The notes beneath the pieces are model-generated. The model searched no databases and was not told the origin of the DNA. It worked only from the letters and a program-made list of their open reading frames with translations. Positions 19,801 through 27,728 of a DNA stretch of 64,000 nt are shown piece by piece. The DNA comes from Candidatus Fluviicola riflensis (GTDB lineage Bacteria; Bacteroidota; Bacteroidia; Flavobacteriales_D; Crocinitomicaceae): NCBI GenBank assembly GCA_002243285.1, contig CP022585.1, positions 1,330,669-1,394,668 on the forward strand. Direction: 5' to 3'. Position 1 is the stretch's first letter; the number at the start of each line of letters is the position of its first letter. The translations under genes and the position numbers were made by a program.

Positions 19801-19855
19801 CCACAGATGCATCAACCGTGCCGTTAGAAAGATCAGCCGGCTGATGCATCTGTGG
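19801..19855. repeat. CCACAGATG hairpin family, copy 2 (probable terminator of the DUF4142 gene)
   Basis: CCACAGATGCATCAACCG (19801-19818) pairs with CGGCTGATGCATCTGTGG (19838-19855). The arms are 18 nt with one mismatch and share the CCACAGATG/CATCTGTGG termini of copies 1 and 3. Confidence 0.8.
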
Positions 19856-19871
19856 TGAAAACAATATGTCT

Positions 19872-20087
19872 GCCACAGGCCTACCGTGTACTCACAAGTC
19901 ACAAAATGTTAGACTTGGGGTGGAGCAAATCAATAAAAACAATATGTTCCATAATCAGTCTGAGCCTGACACGGTATTGCGGGATTACGGAACTACCGCT
20001 AAAGCTGGGAATAACTATTCCATCAATCCTCTACCAAATTGATGAAACACAACAAATAAAGATATAGGTACACGGTAGGCCAGGGGC
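19872..20087. repeat. Inverted repeat enclosing ~176 bp upstream of the PA2169-family gene
   Basis: GGCCTACCGTGTAC (19878-19891) and GTACACGGTAGGCC (20068-20081) are perfectly complementary, with partly complementary flanks. A third partial copy, GACACGGTA, lies inside at 19968-19976. Confidence 0.6.
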
Positions 20088-20127
20088 GGATACCAGGTAA
20101 TTGAACAAACCATTAAAATAAAATATC

Positions 20128-20595
20128 ATGGAAACGAAGAACAATAAAGACATTATTGACAGCTTGAACAATCTGATTCAGATCAATAACGACCGCATCC
20201 AGGGATATCTTACTGCTGCGAAAGAAACTGAAGAAGCCGATTTAAAGGAGCTTTTTTCCGAAATGATGCAAACCAGCCAGGAATGTCGCCGTGAATTGGT
20301 GCAGGAAGTTACCAAACTCGGCGGAACTCCGATCGAAGGCACAACTGTTTCAGGCAAGATTTACCGCGCCTGGATGGATGTAAAAGCCGCATTGACAAGT
20401 AAAGACCGCAAAGCGATCCTGAATTCCTGCGAATTCGGTGAAGACGTGGCAAAAAAGACTTACGAAACCGAATTGGATGCCTACGCGCTCAACGGTTCCC
20501 AGTATGAATCATTGGTCCGCAATCAGCATTCAAAGATCAAAGCCGGCCACGACAAAATCAAAGCGTTGCGCGATAGAGCGGCTGTGGAAAAGTAG
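20128..20595 (+). CDS. PA2169-family (DUF2383) four-helix-bundle, ferritin-like protein
   Basis: The matching pattern is LNNLIQINNDRIQGY..AA.......LK.LF......C..EL...V..LGG.P....T..GK.YR.WMD.K......D....L..CE.GED.A...Y. Confidence 0.7.
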   Translation: METKNNKDIIDSLNNLIQINNDRIQGYLTAAKETEEADLKELFSEMMQTSQECRRELVQEVTKLGGTPIEGTTVSGKIYRAWMDVKAALTSKDRKAILNSCEFGEDVAKKTYETELDAYALNGSQYESLVRNQHSKIKAGHDKIKALRDRAAVEK

Positions 20596-20622
20596 ATTGT
20601 TTAGTTTAGTATAGCGAAAAAG

Positions 20623-20656
20623 GCTCTGTCCGCTTTAAGGCGACAGAGCTTTTTTT
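20623..20656 (+). terminator. Rho-independent terminator
   Basis: GCTCTGTC (20623-20630) pairs with GACAGAGC (20642-20649), followed by seven T (20650-20656). It lies 27 nt after the stop codon. Confidence 0.8.
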
Positions 20657-20845
20657 GTGGGGGAATAGTGGAACCTAATGTAGTTGTCAGCCTCGACTTG
20701 GACATTCAATCGCCACCACCAGACTGGCTGCATTTTAAAGATGTAACGCTCCCAAAAGGAACCAAATTCTTCAATGAACTTGTCACCCAACAAATAAACG
20801 TCGTTAAAATCAAAAAAATCCTCGATGGACTACACGAGTGATTAA

Positions 20846-21508
20846 TCAATCCTTCACACAACGAACAGATAGCCCCTGTACCTTATAATATTGGTAATAA
20901 AAGACATCGCTCTTGTTACCTTCCAGTTGACAGAACCATGCGTTGCTTTTACTATGTTCCTTAGACATCCACATGCGGGTGGTCTCGCCGGATTCCGAGC
21001 AATTGCCATTATAAGGGCTGTAACCGGCAGGTTGTCCGTTAAAGCCGCTTTCATTGGTGCCGTTGCCATTTTCTTTCCAACCGCTGGTGCTTTTTAATTT
21101 GGTACATGAACCTTTTAATCCACCTAAAAAGTTACTCAATTGCGTCCATTCCAAACTATCAGGAATATGCCAGCCATCAGGTGCTAACCCACGCGGGTCG
21201 TTTACCGCATACCAGTTATACAATTTACCATATTTGGTGCCATTGGCAGAAGTGTAATCGTAATAACACCAGGCAGGTTTTTTTCGTTTTCCGACTTTCT
21301 CCCATTCTTCCGCCGATTTAACTTCGGGAATAGGGTCACCGTTCCGGAAACTCTCCACATTCAGATTTTCGGCCATCCAGGTTTGCCCGCCAATTTGTAC
21401 CTCAGTCAAATTACCGGGTACTTTGGATGTGTTATCATTTCCTACCCAAGCCGTGAGTGTCATTGTCGCAATTATTGTGACAATTAAGACGATACTTTCC
21501 TTTTTCAT
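20846..21508 (-). CDS. FISUMP (Fibrobacter succinogenes major paralogous) domain protein
   Basis: Motifs are IGGQTWMAENLNV, YGKLYNWYA, APDGWHIPDSLEWTQL and GFNGQPAGY. The ATG at 21508 is preferred over the TTG at 21523. Confidence 0.8.
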   Translation of the reverse strand: MKKESIVLIVTIIATMTLTAWVGNDNTSKVPGNLTEVQIGGQTWMAENLNVESFRNGDPIPEVKSAEEWEKVGKRKKPAWCYYDYTSANGTKYGKLYNWYAVNDPRGLAPDGWHIPDSLEWTQLSNFLGGLKGSCTKLKSTSGWKENGNGTNESGFNGQPAGYSPYNGNCSESGETTRMWMSKEHSKSNAWFCQLEGNKSDVFYYQYYKVQGLSVRCVKD

Positions 21509-21922
21509 TTTCTGTTGTTTCAAATTGTCCTGCTTCGTAAAAAGGCTAAGCTGGTTCGCCTGTAAAACTCAATGAACGCCGACAGCACAATTGCCGAAAC
21601 AACAATCACATCTATTCGATCATTGTCAAATAATCGCTTGTAAATTAGTTATTTATTTCCGGATTGGTGTCCCCAGTTCTTCAGTAGCAGATTGACACTC
21701 CACAGATGTCCAGTATATGACAGTTAGATAATCCATGGATACTCCACCTGTCAGTCTGCGAAGTTTTAAGAACGAAGTAGGATTTTGTGAAGCTCCGGAC
21801 CTGTTTTTCTTAAATAAATAGTTAAAACATGTGAGTTATGTAACCTTCCGTAGTTGTTGTATAACAGAAGTACTGCGCAATCAGGTCACCTTTGTTCCAA
21901 CGATTTATTTAAAAGAAAGAAC

Positions 21923-22537
21923 ATGAAAAAAATGCTAACGATTGCGACTGTACTATTGGCATTCTCTGCAGTATTTTCTCAGGAAACTCCGGAGAAACCG
22001 ACCAAAGTATTGTCAGTCGGGCCGTCCGTAGGATTTGGCCACACCGGTATCCGGAATACAGACGGAACGGATTTGTTCAAACCATCATGGAGTGCCGGAC
22101 TGATCATCAATTACAGTACGAGTGAACACGTTGGCTTTGCTGCAGATGTGCTGTATTCAATTGAAGGCGCACTTGTTGAAAACAATGATGGAGAAGAAAT
22201 CGACCTTACTTTGCAATATGTGCGTGTTCCCTTTAAATTCGCCTATTTCTTCGGTACATTCGAAGATAATTTACGTCCGAAAGTAACCGTAGGTCCGTCA
22301 TTGGGTTTCCTCATTGATGCAGAAAGCGATCATGAAACCGATGGCACAAGTGATGTTCAGGCTTTATACGAACCATTTGATCTTGGCGTGAATGTCTCTG
22401 TTGGTTTTAACTTAAAACTGGCTAAGACCATCTGGTTGAACACTGATTTTAATTATTACACTGGCCTTTTAGAGGTCAGTCCCAACCAACACAACTCAAA
22501 TTTCGGGTTGAAAGTTGGTTTGGCATTTGGATTATAA
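21923..22537 (+). CDS. Small outer-membrane beta-barrel protein (porin/OmpA-like barrel family)
   Basis: The ATG at 21923 gives signal peptide MKKMLTIATVLLAFSAVFSQ. The sequence has alternating hydrophobic beta-strand periodicity and ends in GLKVGLAFGL. Confidence 0.7.
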   Translation: MKKMLTIATVLLAFSAVFSQETPEKPTKVLSVGPSVGFGHTGIRNTDGTDLFKPSWSAGLIINYSTSEHVGFAADVLYSIEGALVENNDGEEIDLTLQYVRVPFKFAYFFGTFEDNLRPKVTVGPSLGFLIDAESDHETDGTSDVQALYEPFDLGVNVSVGFNLKLAKTIWLNTDFNYYTGLLEVSPNQHNSNFGLKVGLAFGL

Positions 22538-22550
22538 CTCTCATTCCCGG

Positions 22551-22579
22551 TCTCATTCTCGCTCTGGAAAAGAATGAGA
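22551..22579 (+). terminator. Hairpin after the beta-barrel gene (terminator candidate)
   Basis: TCTCATTCT (22551-22559) pairs with AGAATGAGA (22571-22579), starting 14 nt after the stop. There is no clean T-run. Confidence 0.35.
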
Positions 22580-22656
22580 AACAGACCGCGTTCGCTAAAG
22601 CTATAGCGGTAGCGAAACTAGAGTGGTGAAAATGAAAAGAGCTTTGGCGTTTACCG

Positions 22657-23094
22657 TCAAGACTCTTTTTGTTGTTTAAACCCGTCACGTAACGCAGCTT
22701 TTAATACTTCAATAGTGATGTCTTTCAGCGATTTAAACTTAATGCAATAACCAGTTACGCTCGCTTTGCCAAGGTCTTTGCCATAAGTTTCGGCTAAGTA
22801 CTTCTTATCTTCAATCCCAAGGATATAAACAGAAATTCCCGTTGTGTTGGCGCTCAAACCAACCTGATAAAACTCCCGGGTTTTTCCATCGGCGTATTGA
22901 ATGGTGTGAAGTCCGTACCCGATATTGGGATTGGAAACAACTTTATTATTGCTGTCTTTGCCATCCAGGAACCAGATTTTGCATCCGGGCTTTACCTCCT
23001 GAATGATGCGGTGCAATTCCAGCATGTCATTGCGCTTTGCTTCCGGTTGACTGTCAATATATGCGTTGATTTGTTCCAGTACGATTAGTTCCAT
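22657..23094 (-). CDS. DUF1801 (YdhG-like) domain protein
   Basis: The N-terminus reads INAYIDSQPEAKRNDMLELHRIIQEV.PG... The size and pattern are typical of DUF1801. Confidence 0.65.
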   Translation of the reverse strand: MELIVLEQINAYIDSQPEAKRNDMLELHRIIQEVKPGCKIWFLDGKDSNNKVVSNPNIGYGLHTIQYADGKTREFYQVGLSANTTGISVYILGIEDKKYLAETYGKDLGKASVTGYCIKFKSLKDITIEVLKAALRDGFKQQKES

Positions 23095-23255
23095 TGGAGA
23101 ACGGTTTTTTGTGGTGTTAACGTTCCAATACTAGCAAAAAAACAGGAAATACAAGGAAGTCGTATTTCTTTTTGTGTCAAGAATCTTTCTTTACTATCAC
23201 AAAACGAGAAAGTCATTCAGGAAGGTTGATTTTAACCACATCCCCTTCAATCTAT

Positions 23256-23292
23256 AACGGGAGTCGGGTTTTTACCAAACTCCCGTTTTTTT
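23256..23292 (+). terminator. Orphan plus-strand intrinsic-terminator-like hairpin
   Basis: AACGGGAG (23256-23263) pairs with CTCCCGTT (23280-23287), followed by TTTTT. No annotated plus-strand gene lies upstream. Confidence 0.45.
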
Positions 23293-23456
23293 AGATCATT
23301 CTCTCCGCCGCGGCTGACTGCTTCTCGCTCTAAAACCATTTGTTGGTAAAAAAGGCCATCAGAATCAAATCATGCTTTCGAAACAAAAATCAATCACAAA
23401 CCGGCAGCATCGCGAAAAACATGGAGCTGCCAGGTTTCATAGTGATCGTTTTATTT

Positions 23457-24833
23457 TCAATAACCACTGATTACAACCCGCTGATTAAATGTTTGAGTTC
23501 CGGTAATTATTTCCAAGAGATAAATACCTTCCGGAAGTTGTGTGAAATCAACCCATTTTTCTGCCGGATTCATCTCCTTTCCATCCAGCTTTTTACCCGC
23601 CGAATCAAAGACAGAAATGGCAAGAATTTCTTCATTTGTCAGAATCATCACCTTGTTTTTTGCAGGATTCGGATAAACAAGTACTTCATTTTCCGAAGAG
23701 ACTCCAACGCAACTTTCGAGGTAAATAATTTCGTCATAGTAAGTAGAATTACCATCCAGATCTGTTTGTTTTAACCGGTAATAGAGATTCTCACCGGGAG
23801 ATGAAAAACCAGCGTAACTATAATTGATCTGCGAGGTTGAATGTCCGACACCGTCAGTCGTACTAACTATTGTCCAGTTCATAGCATCCCTGCTGCTTTC
23901 AACGGTGAAAAAATCATTTTGCTGCTCACTAACGGTACTCCAGGTCAGCAAAACATTGCTTCCTTCACATTGTGCTGCAAAATTGATCGTTTCTACGGGT
24001 AAAGGATTATCAGGACTCACGGATGAAAGTGTAAACGGACCGAATCCCGTAACCGGAGCTGACGAAACAACGGTACCGGCAGCAAGGGTTCCGGTTGTTC
24101 CACCATTGCCTTTATTGGTCCATTGTGTACCGTCCCAGCGGGCTACACGTAGATCAGCCATATTGGTAACTCCGCAACTTCTTGTATCCCAGCTCAATTC
24201 CACGGTCACGTCTGAAGAACCGGTTGTTCGATCCAGCATCCAGTATTCGCACTGTGATACATGGTCGAGTCCTGCTTCCAGACTAATTACACTGTAAAGC
24301 GCGTCCGGGTCGGTTTGAAAGTATTCAGCCGTGAATACATCTGTGGTCAAAACCGGAGCAGAAATAGCGATCGGAGCATACACCACATTTTTACCTACCG
24401 GAAACACAAATGGTTGGTCCCCGGTCTTGAAAGCCGGTCCTGAAACAAAACTGTTGTTGCTGGCACCTGATACAGAAGCAGTACCGGTAAGTCCCAGGAT
24501 GTTTGTTGCAGTTGTCACCAAATAACCGTCGGTAAACACCAGAATACCGCGCACATTCATAGCCTGTCCCAATGTAATGCCCGTTACACTGGCATTGTTC
24601 AGTGTAAGATTATTGAAGGTTGTGACAGACGATCCGTCTATTGTCTGAGCCGACGGACTAAAGAATGTAACAACCGTACCCGAATCAGTTAGCGTACCGT
24701 TGTTGGTGACATTACCAAAAAAAGTAATGGAAGCACCCGGAGCAATTTTAAAACTTCCACTATTGGTAACCTGAGCATTTGTTGCTAATACAAAGACGAA
24801 CAACAGAAAAGCTGTGTTGAGGAGATATTTCAT
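23457..24833 (-). CDS. Secreted protein with T9SS type A C-terminal sorting domain
   Basis: It has a signal peptide (MKYLLNTAFLLFVFVLATNAQ). An internal module reads LLTW.T..EQ.ND.F.VE.S.D...W. The C-terminus is VLVYPNPAKNKV...GIYLLEIITGTQTFNQRVVISGY. Confidence 0.8.
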   Translation of the reverse strand: MKYLLNTAFLLFVFVLATNAQVTNSGSFKIAPGASITFFGNVTNNGTLTDSGTVVTFFSPSAQTIDGSSVTTFNNLTLNNASVTGITLGQAMNVRGILVFTDGYLVTTATNILGLTGTASVSGASNNSFVSGPAFKTGDQPFVFPVGKNVVYAPIAISAPVLTTDVFTAEYFQTDPDALYSVISLEAGLDHVSQCEYWMLDRTTGSSDVTVELSWDTRSCGVTNMADLRVARWDGTQWTNKGNGGTTGTLAAGTVVSSAPVTGFGPFTLSSVSPDNPLPVETINFAAQCEGSNVLLTWSTVSEQQNDFFTVESSRDAMNWTIVSTTDGVGHSTSQINYSYAGFSSPGENLYYRLKQTDLDGNSTYYDEIIYLESCVGVSSENEVLVYPNPAKNKVMILTNEEILAISVFDSAGKKLDGKEMNPAEKWVDFTQLPEGIYLLEIITGTQTFNQRVVISGY

Positions 24834-24844
24834 AGTGCGTCGTA

Positions 24845-26251
24845 TTATTGAATGGACAGATTCATGGTTTGAACTGTGAGGTCGGTATTGGCCGTTTCAT
24901 TTTCAACCCACACTTCTATGTAATCGCTTGGAGCCAGCGTTACCCGGCATGAAAGTGTTACCGGTCCCTGATCTGTACTGTTAATAAGTTTCACCTCTTG
25001 TCTTGACTCCGGAAGAATAACCCCGTTTTTAGCAATATAGAATGAAAAGAACTTATTGGAAGACGGTTGAGTAGCCGTAAGCGAGCACATCACCTGGAAA
25101 GAACGTGTTTGACTACCCGTATAAGTAAGCCGGTTATCGGCAGGAGATGTCATACGGAACAAACTAACGGCAGTTGTAGTACCTAAAATCTTTACCGGAA
25201 CACCCATAACACCAATTACCGTCTGAATGGCCGTTGTAACATACATATTGCCACCGGCTACCGCATCTTTTTCGGTATTGAGTCCGGTTGCTTCCACTTC
25301 CCATGGGTTAGTGAAAGAACCGTTCACATACGTTCCGTCACCAACAAACATCACCACTTTTACAGACCCGGCAACCAAACTGGTAATGCCGCTGATGTCT
25401 AATGCCGTTGCTGTATTGGCAGCGTATGCAAGTCGGTCACCACCCAGGATCTGAATCACATTAAAAGTACCGATGAATTTTTCATACACATTAAAATTCG
25501 AGGCATCCCAAAGCGAGTTATTGATAACCACATTGTTGTCATTCTGGAACGTTATTCCGTTCGTATTGGAAAAAAAAGCAACCGTTGCAATGAAAACCGT
25601 GCCGCCAACATTCGCAATAGTCCCGATGCTATTACATCCCAGGAAATAGCAATTTTGGATGATCATGTTTTGGGCTGTACTTCCAGCGTCGATGTTAAAA
25701 ATACTTCCGGAAGCCGCTATGAGACTCATGTATCGGATGTTCCCGGTTTTGTTTCCGGTAAACATTTCTGCAGCACCGGTATAAACCAGTTTGTCATTGG
25801 CTGCATCATCACCCCTGACCGTACAGCCATTTAGGTTGATCATATCGGCTAGAACAATCGTGCCATTAATTTCATATTCCACGCCGGCTACCAATGTAAT
25901 GACACCGGCCACAGCGGCTGGAAAATCAGTCACCGATTTTACAAGTACATGATTATTCCGGTTTGTAGCCACAGCAATCCATCTGGTACCATTCCAGTAA
26001 TAATAACCATCTACCAGCGTTCCACCATCACTGTATACAAGTGTTCCTTCTGCAACCGCTGCGGTGAGGGGGGCAGAACTGGTTAAACTGTTCAGTGCAA
26101 CTCTTGGTGGAAGAAACCCTTTGTCAGTGCTTTCCAATTCAAGGAGCGAATTTGCATTAATGGTATTGGGATTGTCTCCAATTTTTACCTGTGCAAAAAG
26201 TTGAGTTGCGCTAAGAACCAGCGCAACGAGCATAAGTGTGTTTGTTTTCAT
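24845..26251 (-). CDS. Secreted hypothetical protein, possible C1q/TNF-like jelly-roll C-terminus
   Basis: It has a signal peptide (MKTNTLMLVALVLSATQLFAQ) and a conserved-looking N-terminal segment, IGDNPNTINANSLLELESTDKGFLPPRV. The middle is Gly/Asn/Thr-rich. The C-terminal ~110 aa (FSFYIAKNG....VTLSCRVTLAPSDYIEVWV) resembles the C1q fold pattern. An 11-nt gap separates it from the downstream T9SS gene. Confidence 0.7.
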   Translation of the reverse strand: MKTNTLMLVALVLSATQLFAQVKIGDNPNTINANSLLELESTDKGFLPPRVALNSLTSSAPLTAAVAEGTLVYSDGGTLVDGYYYWNGTRWIAVATNRNNHVLVKSVTDFPAAVAGVITLVAGVEYEINGTIVLADMINLNGCTVRGDDAANDKLVYTGAAEMFTGNKTGNIRYMSLIAASGSIFNIDAGSTAQNMIIQNCYFLGCNSIGTIANVGGTVFIATVAFFSNTNGITFQNDNNVVINNSLWDASNFNVYEKFIGTFNVIQILGGDRLAYAANTATALDISGITSLVAGSVKVVMFVGDGTYVNGSFTNPWEVEATGLNTEKDAVAGGNMYVTTAIQTVIGVMGVPVKILGTTTAVSLFRMTSPADNRLTYTGSQTRSFQVMCSLTATQPSSNKFFSFYIAKNGVILPESRQEVKLINSTDQGPVTLSCRVTLAPSDYIEVWVENETANTDLTVQTMNLSIQ

Positions 26252-26360
26252 AATTGTAGAAGTTTTAGTATTCTATCTGGTTGAGTACTTGGTAGATACC
26301 TAATTCGTTTTTACAGATACCATGGCGGCTTGGTAGACCGCAATACTCTGTAATTAATAT

Positions 26361-26945
26361 ATCATGATAGTTGATCAGATACGATACAAAATGTACAAAT
26401 GGTTGATTTAAAAGAACAAAAAGAGGGTTTCGTCGATTTTAATTAACTCATTGACAGCTATTTTGACTTAACTGTTAATTGATTTCACCGTATTTCCCGC
26501 AAGCATAATTGTGGAAAACCGCAACTCCTATTGATGTTTTGTCTAAAAATCTAAAGGAATTCGGACTCATTAAAATGCTGTAATGTAACATTTATAGAGG
26601 TTTCAGGTGTTTTTCGATTAATTCAGATCTAAAATAAAGAAACCAGATGCCATGTGACTTGTATTTACTATGATTATTGATTGATTACACTATTGCATGT
26701 ATAAATGGTCGATTTAAAGGAGCAAAAGAGGGTTTTGTCGCATTTAATCAACTTGTTGATAGTTATTTTAACTTAACTGTTAATTGATTTTACCGTATTT
26801 CCCGCAAGTATAATTGCGGAGAACCACAATCTGTACTGACTTTTTGTCTAAAGGTCTAAGGAATTCGAACGCGTAAAACTCAAATAACATACAATTCACA
26901 AGGTTTTAAACGTTTTGCGATTAACTAAGATCTAAAATAACGTGA
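26361..26945. repeat. Tandem direct duplication of a ~306-bp noncoding unit (2 copies)
   Basis: ATGTACAAATGGTTGATTTAAAAG... at 26391 aligns with ATGTATAAATGGTCGATTTAAAGG... at 26697, a period of 306 bp. The most conserved core is ACTTAACTGTTAATTGATTT(C/T)ACCGTATTTCCCGCAAG(C/T)ATAATTG(T/C)GGA at 26466-26516 and 26771-26821. No ORF of 60 aa or more lies in 26252-27089. Confidence 0.85.
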
Positions 26946-27089
26946 GTTCGGGATAAGAATTCTGTCAGATCGCCGCAGCGGACTGAAAAAAAAGAGCGCG
27001 CAGAACGAGAATGAAGTAAAAGAGTGGTGCAACGAGAATCGAACACCAAAACGAATAAAGATTGCTCTATTTCAGTACTTTTATGAGCA

Positions 27090-27653
27090 ATGTTAGAACT
27101 CTTTCAATATTTCAATAATTTCCACAAGCTTTCAAAAGAAGCTGAAAACGCTATTATTGAAATATCCAATGAATTAAAAATAAAGAAGAACACAATAATC
27201 CAGGATATAGGACAAACTTGTAAGACAATTTATTTCATCAAAACAGGATTTGCCCGGATTTACTATTTCAAAGAGGATATTGAGATTACCGAATCCTTTG
27301 CATTCGAAAACAATATTCTAGCACGAGTAGAGAGTTTATTCCACAACAAACCTTCAAAAAAAGCAATTCAACTTTTAGAAGATTCTGAACTAATTGCTAT
27401 CAATGCTAATTTACTATTCAAATTGTATGACAAATTCCCGGAAATCGAACGTTTGTTTCGTTTGATTTTTGAATCTGCTTATGTTGATACCGTGAATCGA
27501 ATTGAAAACATTCAGTTTCATACAGCAGAGGAAAGATATAAGATGCTTCTGAATGAATCTTCAAATGTGATAAAACGAGTTCCATTAAAGCTTATAGCAT
27601 CTTATTTAGGAATCACACCAGTTAGTTTAAGCCGAATCAGAGCGATTAAGTGA
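27090..27653 (+). CDS. Crp/Fnr-family transcriptional regulator
   Basis: It has an N-terminal cyclic-nucleotide-binding-like beta-roll (IYFIKTGFARIYY) and a C-terminal HTH (LKLIASYLGITPVSLSRIR). Confidence 0.8.
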   Translation: MLELFQYFNNFHKLSKEAENAIIEISNELKIKKNTIIQDIGQTCKTIYFIKTGFARIYYFKEDIEITESFAFENNILARVESLFHNKPSKKAIQLLEDSELIAINANLLFKLYDKFPEIERLFRLIFESAYVDTVNRIENIQFHTAEERYKMLLNESSNVIKRVPLKLIASYLGITPVSLSRIRAIK

Positions 27654-27693
27654 TTTCTTATCAAATGTAAAGTGTTTTGATGATGGTTGACAA

Positions 27694-27701
27694 TAGATTT
27701 G
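27694..27701 (+). promoter_or_regulatory. Bacteroidota-type -7 promoter box (TAnnTTTG)
   Basis: TAGATTTG lies 27 nt upstream of the MFS transporter ATG at 27729. Confidence 0.4.
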
Positions 27702-27728
27702 CATTGTTAATTCAAGTATCAAAACAAA

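Noticed and set aside
23340-23774. A 144-aa plus-strand ORF overlapping the 3' end of the T9SS cargo gene.
   Set aside because: It is antisense to the region encoding a canonical T9SS CTD. It is Ile/Phe/Asn-rich and has no signal or motif.
26391-26411. A mini-ORF, MYKW(L/S)I-stop, conserved at the start of both 306-bp repeat units.
   Set aside because: It is only 6 codons, and its conservation is explained by the nucleotide-level duplication. Nothing else supports a leader peptide.
27021-27050. A tRNA-3'-end-like string on the minus strand (GGTGTTCGATTCTCGTTGCACCA).
   Set aside because: It has a T-loop-like TTCGATT, but the flanks cannot form a T stem or an acceptor stem, and no cloverleaf can be drawn. 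It is probably chance or a very decayed fragment.
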